Source of the DNA: Podarcis liolepis
Lineage: Eukaryota
Direction: 5' to 3' (one strand)
Assembly: GCA_965112155.1 (NCBI GenBank)
Contig: OZ218107.1
DNA: 64,000 nt
The translations under genes were made by a program, and so were the position numbers. The notes under the pieces are model-generated. The model was not told the DNA's origin, made no database searches, and saw only the letters and a list, made by a program, of their open reading frames with translations. Below are positions 39,818 to 52,029 of this stretch, piece by piece (the stretch's first letter is position 1; each line of letters begins with the position of its first letter).

Positions 39818-42070
39818 AAGAAGTATGCATGCACACGAAAGCTTATACCCAGAACAAACTTAGTTTGTCTCTAAGGTGCTACTGGACAATTTTTTTAATT
39901 ACCTATACTCAGTAGACATGTCAAGGATTGGGCTATTAGTGGGGGCAAGTGAAGGTCTTTGCTAGTGAGGAGAGAAGAAAGAACATTGACTTAAGCTGTT
40001 GTAGATACCTGAAAAGGCCATGCTGAAAAGTAGCCTCCAAATTTCTGATTGGCAGTTGCTCGCTAGGGTTTTAGCCAGGACCGTTCCCCAGTTCTGCATG
40101 GACACACCAGGAACTGAAGCTGGGAGCCTTGTGCATGCAAGGCAGATGACCAACCTGTGGTAAATATTTCTGTGGAGAGGCACCCTGATCAGTCACATGA
40201 AATGAAGTTTCAAGGCAGCTGATAATGATATGCAGTTTGGCTCTGTAAAGCTAAATAAGATTAGAAAGGGATACCAGTTAAGCTTATCTTGTCACTCAGC
40301 ATTTGTTTTGTCAAAGAATGCTGTCAGAAGGGAAGTATTTAGCTTTCCCCAAATTACCTAGAAGTTCTCAATATTCAGATGCTTGAGAATATTAACAGTA
40401 AGCATAGTACCCTTGTTTTAAGAGGAAGGTTATAGCGTAATGCCATCCCCCCCATCATTTTTTTTAAAGAAGTTCTTTTGAGGATCTTTATCTGGAATAA
40501 TCTCTTTAAAGAGAAATCTCAGCAGGCAATTTGGATTGAAACTCAGGGACAAACAGCACATGTTTATTCATTTTTATTTAAATAAACTGCTTCCTGGTGG
40601 GAAACTCTCAGAGCCACAGGTCTGAAAGTTAATTAGACAATTCTATGGCTAAGCATTTGGAGAATATATATGTAACATATAAAGAATGCTTTCCTCTCTC
40701 TTTTAGTGGCATTTGGAAGGTTGCAAGAAGAGCAAAGGGAGCTGGAAAAATATTTTCAAACTTCAAAAGTGGCATATTAGAGCAGTTGAAAGCCTTCTGA
40801 CATTTGGAACTTTGAAACACAATTCACCAGGGTTATTCATTGCCGTAAAGAATGCATTAACCAGAATAATCCCAAAGATAAATTACAATAGTCTGTTGAA
40901 TTGAGCTGTAGTGATTCAATTGTCGTAATTAATTCAAAGGAAAATTACACTACTGACACCAAATGAGAAGAAACCTCATTTCACATAATAAACCTCGGTT
41001 TACTCAAGAATAAGCCACCTTTACAAAGGTAGAATGTGGCCTTATGCAGAGACAATTCATGTGACTTTAATTTACTCACCTACGCCTTTAGAATTAATAA
41101 GCCTAAAACAAATTACCATGGATTCTGATTGGAGGAACCTCTGGCAGTTTCCGGACATTTGGCCGATTACTGCCCAGCCACTGCTGACGAATGTGGTATT
41201 CCATATATTTCCAGGAAATTCTGGACGTATGGCAACCCTATCTCCACAAAGATATTTTCAAATCTTCCACTGGCATGGCATTCATGGATTTACTTATGTT
41301 TCTTTCCAACCCACTGTGTCCGCAACATACTAAAGATGCTGTTTCAAATGTGGCAATTACTTTGCACCCCTGTGCCAATATGATGTTACCCGCCTGAAAC
41401 ATGAGACCACACAGAAGGGCTTTGCATCATTGAATGGAAGGCAGAATTCTTTCCTAGAAGGGTTCGGGAATGACAGAATGAAACGGTCTGCTCACCTCTC
41501 CAGATCGAGGTTCTTCTGATATAGGCAGGTGGTTTAGGGCGCCAGCCTATGTTTTTATTTTATTTTATTTATTTATTTTTACTTAACACATTTATAGACT
41601 GCTTCATAGCATAAAGCCATCGATGGCATGAGCTAGATCAAGAAAGCATGTTTACATTTCTAATTTACATGTCAAATCTTGTAAAATCCTTTCCAACTTT
41701 GAATTACCTGTCATAATTGTATAGATTTGTAGGCCCACGCACTTGTTCCCGGAATGTGGACAAGCTGTTTGCTCGACAGAGTCAATTTCAATGTTTCATT
41801 GATTGTGTGTGCTTTAAGCGACTTGTTCGTCGTGTTTTCATTTTCTCAGCACAAATCCTGAGTCGTTGTTTAAACCTTAGCAGTCTGGCAATACATCCTG
41901 AATTCCCATAGTGCAACACACTTACTGCTAGGGTTCCTGTCTAGCTGTTAGTTTTGCTCATCATAATTTATATCGTAAGGTCCTTTGGGTAGGCACCTGC
42001 CTTTTGCTTAGGATGCTTTGCAAGTTTCCATGTATGCAGAAAGTGCTGCATAAATAACAAAATATTAATA

Positions 42071-42248
42071 AAAAAATTCCTTCCAGTAGCACCTTAAAGA
42101 CCAACTAAGTTAGTTCTTGGTATGAGCTTTCGTGTGCATGCACACTTCTTCAGATACTTCTTCGTAGGAATTCTTCGTAGGAATCCTACTTCGAAGGAAT
42201 TTTTTTATTTTGACTATGGCAGACCAACACGGCTACCTATCTACTACT
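42071..42248 (-). mobile_element. Penelope-like element fragment with partial inverted pLTR
   Basis: aaaaaattccttccagtagc is inverted against cctacttcgaaggaatttttt; 12-bp TSD aaaatattaata at 42059-70 and 42249-60; same sequence family as 39086. Confidence 0.8.
42120..42157 (-). ncRNA. Minimal type I hammerhead ribozyme motif (PLE-type)
   Basis: Minus strand GUAU-CUGAAGA-A-GUGUGCAUGCACAC-GAAA-GCUC-AUAC: helix I GUAU/AUAC, palindromic helix II, intact core and AGCU palindromic helix III. Confidence 0.75.
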
Positions 42249-43038
42249 AAAATATTAATAGTATCAACAGCAGAGGGAGGGATTCATGATGGCAGCCATG
42301 TCTATGAAGCTTTTGCTGTGCTAGATGTCCCCTAAGTTCTCAAAGGTAGGATGCAATGTTTGTGTGTCTGTCAAATGCAAATACATGATTGTATTGCGTT
42401 GGGGCAAGGCGGTGATGTTAAAGGGTTGTGTATTCTCTATGTTGTACTTTCAAGAACATTGTTTTGAAAGGCAAATAGATGAATTTAGCAACAGGGTGGA
42501 ACACACTTATGGGTAAATACAAGTAAACGTGGCACTGTGACTGGGAATAAACTAAGGCCAAACCCAACACTTAAAATGCTGTTATGCTATTTGAACAGTC
42601 ATGAATTTCCCCCAGGAATCCTGGGAGCTAGTGTTTGTTCAGGATAGAGTGAGAGTTGTTAGGAGACCCCCTTCCCAGAGCTACAGTTCCCAGCACCCTT
42701 TTAACTTCTGTTTCCAGGAATCTTTGAGGAAATGATGGTTGTTAGAGAGGTATAACAATGCTTTAAATGTATTTTGTGGATGTGCTCTGAGTTGCTCATC
42801 ACTGCCGTGTGAGTATAGTGGAAAGAAGCAGGGGTAGTCAAATGAGGCCTGTTGGAATTGATGCAACAAAATCCCTGATATAGACTGTTTGGACCGTGTG
42901 CAAAAATGAATAAGCTTTCCACCCCAAGGATGAGTTCCAAAGCTTCACTGAAACAGTCCTGAGCAGTTATAATAAACATTGCATAGAACAAATTTACACA
43001 TTGCTCTCAAGTAGCAGACAATGTGGTTCAGTCCTTTA

Positions 43039-43247
43039 CAGTGGTACTTTGGGTTACAGATGCTTCAGGTTACAGACGCTTCAGGTTACAGAAATAGTAC
43101 GTGGGTTAAGAACTTTGCTTCAGGATGAGAACAGAAATTGTGCGGTGGCGGGGCGGCGGCAGCGGGAGGCCCCATTAGCTAAAGTGGTACCTCAGGTTAA
43201 GAATGGTTTCAGGTTAAGAACGGACCTCCAGAACGAATTAAGTTCTT
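43039..43247 (-). mobile_element. TcMar Tigger-like MITE lacking one TIR
   Basis: TA-cagtggtac start; aligns with the 8480 copy and breaks off at aagttctt. Confidence 0.85.
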
Positions 43248-46200
43248 TAAAACAGCCCCAAAAACTTCTCTTTCAGTGCCTAATGTGAACCTCTCTTAAG
43301 AAGATGCAAACCTCTGCAGGAGTTTTGCATACAAACATTGAATTTTATGCACATTAACTTATACCTTTAGCATGGTCCTCGAGTGGGAGCCTACCTCTCC
43401 TCGTCTGCAAGTGTCATGTTGAGGTGTCACGGCTTGGGGACTTAGGCTTCATAGGCACCCCAAAGAATCCTGGAAACTATAGTTTGTTAAGGGTGCTTAA
43501 CTCTGTGAGAGGCAAACTATAGTTCTCAGGATTATTTGGTGTGTGTTTTAAACGACCTTTAAATAAATTTGGTGCCCACAGCCTCAGCCACTAAGAGGGC
43601 ATAGGCTTACAGCTAAGCCCACCTTCCAACATGCTTTCAATGCTGTACTTCTTTCTCATTATACTGACTGAATCCCACTTACATTAAGGTTACAACTTCT
43701 GCTGGTGAAATGTGGTTGTTTTTTGTTTACATGGTCATTGCATTGTGCTCCATGGGTGCAAGGGGATTTAGGAGCGATTGCATCCCTCCCTGCTGACACA
43801 TCATAAGGACAGGATCATTCTCATTGCCACTTTGTATGTGGCACACTCTATTTTCCTCCACTCTCCCCCTTTTCTTTCTGCTTTTCTGCTTCCTGCTGGT
43901 TTTCAAATAACTCCTTCCTTCAATTGGCAGCTGCAAATTGAAAATCTATGCATATTAGTATTACCAGGACAAAACAAACAATTGCAGTAAAGATCTAGTA
44001 TGATATTTCCATTTTACACTTTACTTTCTTCCTGCCGACTTTGGATGAAGAATCTCAGAATTGGGGGTAGGTGACGTCAGCAAGAGAGACGTGCCACATT
44101 TGTGACAATGCAAGAGGGCATGGAGGAAGGGTATGTCTTGGTCTTCTCTTGGTTTTTTTAAACAAAGGAATTGTGTTCTGTGGCTGCAATGGGTTTAAGG
44201 AGCATTGGAATATAATCTATAGGTTTCATGAACCCATTTTCAGTATTCTGCTCAGCCAGTACCTCACATGAATGTAATCTGTGAAGAAAATTGAAAAATC
44301 CATAATCTAGCCATGCCAGTTCCAAACAGCTCCCATGCTGATTGCCTGTGATAATGCTCTGGGCCACTATTAGGCCAGGGCTCAGCTAGGGCTCTCTTGA
44401 GAAGCCTCTGGCTGTATGAAGCAGCGGTGATTGGAGCATATAGGCCAATGGGATCTATGATTTGCTCATACATGGCAGCCTCAAGCTCTGGAAGCAAGCA
44501 CCAAAAGCTGCTGGGACTGAGTTGCTCTCATTCCTGATATTCAGACCAGACTTGTGACCCAGGAATGTGTTTGAATTTTCTGCCCTCTATTGTATTTGGC
44601 TTCCCGTAAAAAGGCAGCAACCCTCAATTTCATAAAATCAGGAGACTGTTTTGGAGACAAACATACTTGCTCATTTTATGCTGTTAATAAATATAGGAAT
44701 CCATTATCTTCTGATTTATCACGGTGTTCAGCATTGTTGTTTTATGGTTTATGGCAGTTCACTTAGCAAAGAAAGCATGCATATTGTTTTCAATTTCTTT
44801 GCACTCCCAGCAGAGTGGTAAAACTGTTTTAGGTAATAGATAAGTAACTATAATAGGTGGGAGCCATTCTGACATTTCTGGCTAAATGTATTTCAGCTCA
44901 TACTGACACCGTCACCCAAGGCATACATTTGTTAATGTGACATTTATAGACTTCATGGGTCATTTAAAATATTGTCTCAGACAATGAAAGTCGGGTATTT
45001 CTATTAAAGCTGAAAAACACACAACATTCACATTTCTGCGCATTTGGAATTGTTGACAGGCAGATAGGACAGCAGATATTTTGCTATGTGATTGGAAGAT
45101 TGGCAAAGTGAGATGCAAGATGGGTTCTTATGCACAGAGCTCAAACTGTTGCTCAAACACTGGTCTGGAACTGGCCGAGAACTCCCATGAAATTTATTCC
45201 ATTTCCTTGACATTTCCCTAATTTCTACATCCTAATTGAGCTTTCCTGCAATGTAAAAGTCACTTTCAGAAATCTAGCAGAATATGTGAAATTGTTTATT
45301 TATCTCTGGAACTTCTTCCTAAAGTCACAGGGCAGGTTACAGCATCAAAACACAATATGAAAAACAATTTAAAACAACTTAACACTCATAAAAATAAGGT
45401 GGGTCCTAAAAACATACACCTTAGGGGTCAAAAGCCAGGGGAAAGATGTGCATCTTCAGCGTCCTCTGGAACCTGTATAATGAAGGTATACCTGAGTGGG
45501 ATGAAGTTCTACAGCTTAGGGGCCACCACCGATAATGCCCTCCCAAGGTCTGAATGCATCCTAAGTCTGTGGTGGGCATAGGAGCCAATTTCTAGGTGGG
45601 CCCCAATAAAATATTTGAGGGGGCTACGCCCCTCAAAGTTGATAGGGCACAAAGAGCAGTTAGGGAAATCAAAATGCAAACTATATTCAAGTGATCTTTC
45701 CCTTGTGCTGTTACCATTATGTGAAGAGATAAATGTGGCTACACTCCCAGGGTCCATCCTTACACCCAATTCTCCTTCCCTCACCTCACCATTGCCACTC
45801 CCACAGCCCTTCAGCTCTTGGGGTTTGAACTTCTACAGTGGGGATCATGCTTCACTTTTGTAGGCACCCCACACAATTTCAGGGAAGTCAGGGTTAAGGA
45901 TCACACATATAGAAAATACTTCTCTTTTCCAAGTTATCCCACCAGTGTGTGGAGGACGATGGGGAACAGTGATGGGAGAGCACTTCTTCCCTTCTGCCTC
46001 ACCGAGGGATGAGAAAGCCTGAACAGGCAGAAAGTGAAGTTGGTTTCTCCTAAAATCTCTCCAAACCATGTGCAACTGCCTTTCCCCATTTTGCTATACT
46101 GCATAATTTACAGATGTACACGCAGGGCAACATCACAGATCATCTCTAAATCATAGGGCAGATTTTCAGCTGGGAATGGTATTTGGTAATGAAGGGTATT

Positions 46201-47183
46201 TCTGCCTCTACAATTTTAACGCACTCTGAAATTCACTCCAAATAATTGCAGCTAGAATGGATAGTAAGGGGAAATGTGCAGACACGTGTTTATTCATGTA
46301 TGTGTTTGATAATTTTTTTATGTCTAAAGGCAGAGGATTCTCCAAAATGCACAATTGTTTGGGTATCTCCATTGATTCTCTAACTAGCATGCGCTCTGCT
46401 TTCCTTAAATGCAATAATGATTTTGCTTTCATTGTATCCGTATGGATACCATTTATTAATATCAGATCATTGTACTTCCATTACAATTCTCTGAATTATT
46501 TTCTTCTTCAATGCTGAATGCCACTTAGCTTAATGAGACAGTGGCACCCTCATTAGAATGCACCTAGGAAAGTGTCAGTGTGGCCAAGACTTCCAATTCG
46601 GCTGAGACAAATTAATATTGTCAAACCCAAGAGAGACATTATAAATTCTCCTTTATGCTGTCTTTATATCTTTCAAGGACAGTTCAACTCCCCTCCCTTG
46701 AAGACACATCTGATACTTCAAGTGTCTTATAGGTCAAGCCAATGCAAGCTTCTCAGAAGCAAGTCCCACTGATTTCAATGATGCTTACTCACATGGATTT
46801 GGGTGTAAGCCAAAATGCTGTGCTAATGCTCAAGTGTTTTCCTTCAGTTTATCCATAGAAAATAGTATGGCTCGACCTTTTCAGGTGTTAGAAAGCTAAT
46901 AAAATTCTAATTAATATAAATGTGTTCTTACAGTTCAGTCCATGGAGAGAAATAAATAACTCAATGTTGTGAAATTTTGTATATTTCCTGTAGGAAAGAG
47001 GGGATATGAACTACTCTACACTCAATTCTTATTTAAAAAATGTTTGGAGTGTTGGGTGACTACCAGGGTGAACATATCATTTCATCTAATTATTAATTCC
47101 TAGCTAATTGTGGTCTTTCTACTTTCTACTTGCCCTTAGAAAAAACACTACAATTGAATTCAAGCAAATGATTTAGCTAGGAG

Positions 47184-47554
47184 AAAGGTAAAAATGTAAA
47201 GGACCCCTGACAGTTAAGTCCAGTCACGAACGACTCTGGGGTTGTGGCGCTCATCTCGCTTTACTGGCCAAGGGAGCCGAAGTTTGTCCGCAGACAGTTT
47301 TTCTGGGTCATATGGCCAGCATGACTAAGCCGCTTCTGGTGAAACCAGAGCAGTGCACGGAAATGCCATTAACCTTCCTGCCAGAGTGGTACCTATTTAT
47401 CTACTTGCACTTTGATGTGCTTTGGAACTGCTAGGTTGGTGAGAGCTGGGACCGAACAACGGGAGCTCACCCCATCGTGGGGATTCGAACCACCGACCTT
47501 CCAATCGGCAAGCCCAAGGCTCAGTGGTTTACACCACAGTGCCACCCGCATCCC
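47184..47554 (-). mobile_element. Sauria SINE (full length)
   Basis: Reverse complement of the 13245 type; tail aaaggtaaaaatgtaaagg. Confidence 0.95.
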
Positions 47555-47857
47555 TTAGACTGATTTAAATCCAGGCATTTTAATCAGCAATTGGATATAA
47601 ATCATGGTAACTCACCAAGCAAAAATGCCAATTAAAACCATTGGTTTAAATCAAGTGCTCTGTTTTGTAATTAATCCATGATCTGAATATAAGTGCATAC
47701 TGTTAGGCTTCTCTAGCAATATGTGTGTGTGTGTTTGTATTACTAAATAAAGTATTTTTGTTACCTAGCAGCATAATCTAAAACTTCTGGTCATTCACCG
47801 CACCACACAGGTATATTTGACTAGACTATGTTGATGATGATAGATATCACATATTTA

Positions 47858-48274
47858 CAGCGATGTGCGAGATGTTCAAGCCAGGTCACATTTAAAGGTG
47901 AAGCTACTTAATATGTTCATTCTGATAGAATACACAAATAAAAACAAAGCACTCCTTTGAATTTGCTCTTTTCCAAATTTTGCAATGGAGTTCTCTAGCC
48001 AAGTAATGTGCATTAAAAGCATATATTGGGCCAATGTGTGCATACAAATGCATATATTAGTAAAGATAATCTACAAATTACATTATATTAGGGAGGGAAA
48101 CTGCTTTGCAAACAGTGTTTCTATGAGGTGAAATTAAATGTATGTGATTTTTTTAACGAACATTTATTTTTATTAAAATAAAATGCAAACTGATGGGGAA
48201 ATGTGAAAAACTGAATTTAAGATTGAAATATGAGAAACTGAGAGAAACTGATACTGCAAGATTTACCCATCCCT
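47858..48274. mobile_element. Old DNA-transposon-like repeat (family of 3896)
   Basis: cagcgatg start, tcacatttaaagg, and end tttacccatccct. Confidence 0.5.
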
Positions 48275-48694
48275 CAGGGAAATTAGTGGGGTTATGTTTG
48301 GCTCTGGGTTCACAGGGAAAGATGAGCAATGGAAAGAAGTATCTGAAGTATCAGTCAATGAGGTAATCTCCATGTTGCCTCACTGAAAGGTCAAGCAAGG
48401 CCGGATTAAAGTGGTTGGGTGTCCTTGTGCAGTTCCCAAAATAGGGCCCCTCTTTTGCTAAAGAGGAACTCATGAGAAAGGTACCTCAAATAGTCTTGTG
48501 ATATCTTAAAGACTAATGGCACAAACTTTTGCAGGAAACCCTGAGCACATGTGGTTTCACAACTCTCAGCCAGTTGTAAGCATATTTTTTTACCTGCATT
48601 GATAAACAAAAGAAAATACTCTGAGCACACACTTTTATTGTTTTTACTCATTTCCTGCCTTCGGCCAGTCCGCAACTCTATCTTAGCCTACTTA

Positions 48695-48949
48695 CCGTAT
48701 TTTTTGCTCTATAAGACTCACTTTTTCCCTCCTAAAAAGTAAGGGGAAATGTGTGTGCGTCTTATGGAGCGAATGCAGGCTGTGCAGCTATCCCAGAAGC
48801 CAGAACAGCAAGAGGGATTGCTTTCACTGCGCAGCGATCCCTCTTGCTGTTCTGGCTTCTGAGATTCAGAATATTTTTTTCTTGTTTTCCTCCTCCAAAA
48901 ACTAGGTGCGTCTTGTGGTCTGGTTCGTCTTATAGAGCGAAAAATACGG
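48695..48949. mobile_element. TcMar Tc2/pogo-like MITE with internal 29-bp hairpin
   Basis: TA-ccgtattttttgctctataagac ... gtcttatagagcgaaaaatacgg TIRs. Confidence 0.88.
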
Positions 48950-50397
48950 CTCCTCACTTGGCTGTTGTGAATATATAGAAGGAAGGATAAAATGGCTGCA
49001 AAAGGGAATTTAGTGCTTGTATCATAGAAATCAAATTTAATTCCTTTAACCAGACTAATGCACCTTTGTTTTTGAAGGGACTTGCTTTAATCCACATCAC
49101 CCCACAAATCAGTACAGCTTCAGGGTTTCAAACAACTTCAATCTGGCCTGATTATGGCTTTGAAAGGCTGATGGAACTATATCCTAAAGGTAAAAACATA
49201 GACAGCTTGTCCCTCAGAATGAAGAACACAGAGAGAGGGCAAGTCTGAAATCGGGAAAGCAGAATCCCAATGCCAGAAATGGAAGCTGACATCAAAGTAT
49301 GATGTGTGGGATCTAATTATTTTGGGGTTGTGTTTTTTTTAATGAAACCTAGCTGGATGGACAGGTACCGGTCTGGACGGTACCTAGCTGGGTGGACAGA
49401 GCAGCCAAAGTATCCAAAATAATGCATTTAATTGGTGCACAGTTCTCCTAACTTCCATTTCTGATATTTGTATGAAGTAAAGTTCAGGTTGACTTTTTTA
49501 AAAAAAGATAACATTAAATTCACCTCTTTGTTTGCATGTCTTATTAATCTTTTCCCGTTCCAAACAGGAATTTTCTGATGTTGACCTTCTGTCTGCCTTT
49601 TCCTCCCTTGCTCTTTAAGCCATGAAATAGCAAATCTCATAAATATTCACCATTACCATTCCGATTATTTCAAAACATTTTTGATTAGTGTTTACCTTTG
49701 CTTCAAAGGAGACATGCAGCTAATTTCAGTGTCATCCTAATCTTCAAGTGGAGCAGTTTTAATGTACTTTGCATTAATGTGTTTAAATCCAAAATTAAAA
49801 CCAGTCTGTCAAGCTCAGTGTAATGGAGGGAAATGTATTTTAGCTTCATGATTTTCCTCTTTTCTTTTTCTGAAAAGCACAGTTTGTGTGCTTTTGGAGT
49901 TCTAATAATTTCAAAAGATTGGTTTCAAAGAACTGACATATTGATAGTTTGCATTAAAATGATACATTAAAGCTGGAACTAGCTGCAGGAATATGAATGA
50001 TATTCATCTTCCACATAAACACCATCTAACAAAAAGAACTGAATGGATTTATAAGTAACTTGTGCTTCCCTTGGATAAATATAGGCAACTTCAATCATGA
50101 GCTCAGGTGTTGTTTATTTATTGACAGATATGCCATCTCAGTCCTACAGAAACTAAAGACAACCATTCTGAGCACTCAGTTTAGCAGTTCAACAAGAATT
50201 TCAGGTTCCGTCACAGACTTTGAGGGGAAAGCTTCTTTCCTTTCCCCTGCCATGGAGATGTTTATTTATCACCCTGCCATGATGGAGTGGTAAAAAAACC
50301 AAACCACCCTTTCCACCTTAGCAAAGTGCCTCCTCAAACTGAGATTTATGTCAACAGCAGCAGCGTTAAGAGGTTTTGTTACAATGTATGTAACATG

Positions 50398-50793
50398 CAA
50401 GGCTTTTTTTAGCCGCTACTCGCCAGAACTCACTTCCAGAACCTCTCAGGCGGGCGCCATTGTCATTATAAGAGAACAAAGGAGGTGTTCAATGTGAGTT
50501 GCGGCCCCTCTTTTCCTAGACCAAAGGGGTCAGCAACCTTTTTCAGCCGTGGGCCAGTCCACCGTCCCTCAGACCATGTGGTGGGCTGGACTATATTTTG
50601 AAGAAGAAAAATGAACGAATTCCTATGCCCCACAAATAACCCAGAGATGCATTTTAAATAAAAGGGCACATTCTACTCATGTAAAAACACGCTGATTCCT
50701 GGACCATCTGCAGGCCGGATTTAGAAGGCAATTGGGCCACGTGCGGCTCATGGGCCTTAGGTTGCCTACCCCTGTCCTAGAAAAATAGCCCTG
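50398..50793. mobile_element. hAT MITE (outer element of a nested pair)
   Basis: caaggcttttttt ... aaaaatagccctg; 8-bp TSD gtaacatg at 50390-97 and 50794-801. Confidence 0.85.
50522..50774. mobile_element. hAT (Charlie-like) MITE (inner element)
   Basis: caaaggggtcagcaacct ... aggttgcctacccctg; TSD tcctaga(c/a). Confidence 0.88.
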
Positions 50794-52029
50794 GTAACAT
50801 GTATTTAAGAATTTCATACGGTACATTGTTGATTTTGATTTGGCTTTTAATTGATTTCACCTTGTTATTGGGGGTGGGTGAGTAATTGTTTTGTTTTGTT
50901 TTCCTTTTTAAATTTTTTTACCATGTATTTTATTCTATGAGCCACCTAGCAATGTTATGATGAAGGGTGGTATATATCACAAAAACAACATCAACAACAA
51001 CACAACAATCTTCTTCTTTGGCGATCACTCGTAGCCGAGTAAGATTGTCTCCATAAACGTAGTTTTAAAAGTGAGTCTGTGCATTTTTATGCATGTCTAC
51101 TCAGAAGGGAGTCCCACTGAGTTCAATAAGACTTACACCCAGCAAGTGAGACTTTTACCAGGTCTTGACAGCAATAAGCTCTACCACCAAGGATAAGGCA
51201 GGAGCTGCTCTGCAACCTGCCTCTCACCTGTAGGACTTTCCTCCATGGCTGGGGGATATAATCTGGGGGATGCTATTGGATCCATCTCTGTTATTTCAGG
51301 CACAGGTGGCCTTGGTGAAAGGGGAGCCTTTACTTGATTGTCAATTGTGTGAAGGGCAATGAGCAAAAAGGACTTTGTTGTTTTAGCTATTGACATACAT
51401 TTGCACATATATTATTTCCTTTTCTTTTGGGGATGCTATTAGTGCTGAAAAATCACAGAAGACAAGGATGCAATTTGCTTGGAGAAGAATGGCTGTGACA
51501 AGGCCAATAGATTATGAGTGCAATAAGTGGATATTAGCTCAGACTGAATTTAAGTTTAATGGGGTTGAACAGAGGAACTGTGAATTGAAAGATAAAGAAG
51601 GTAAACTCCTTTGCAAAGAAAATGCAAAATACATTTATCAAATAATATTGTATCTTTATCAGCAGTAGACAAACGTTCCCTTTCAGATGAAAGGAAAGCA
51701 GCAACCAACTTACCTGGTGCTGAAATCATAGCAAAAACTTTTTTTATTCTCCCATGCATATGGAGAGTTTTACTTGTTTTTAAATATATAATAAAGGTAT
51801 ATTAAACAATTCACAATAAATCCCAGATTGAGTAACTCCCATTAAAGCCCAGATCGAGTAGCTCCTTTTCTGCAGAGATCATGCAAATAGCCAGTTGCAA
51901 GTCATCTGGGATCCTAATAAAGCAAGTGAACATAGACTTGCAGGCCTACTCAGCTTAGGTTTAATTAGCTTTCTTTTTCATGTTTGTCAGTTGATCCCTT
52001 TTAAAGGCGATGGGTATCAGCATTATAAT

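Larger units (their letters stand above)
38989..39911 (+). repeat. Direct repeat of about 200 bp (38989-39187 and 39534-39911, second copy interrupted) flanking a Sauria SINE
   Basis: ctactcaagagattgtacagtaacttaataatgcagggtagc...ctatactca occurs on both sides of the SINE. Confidence 0.92.
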
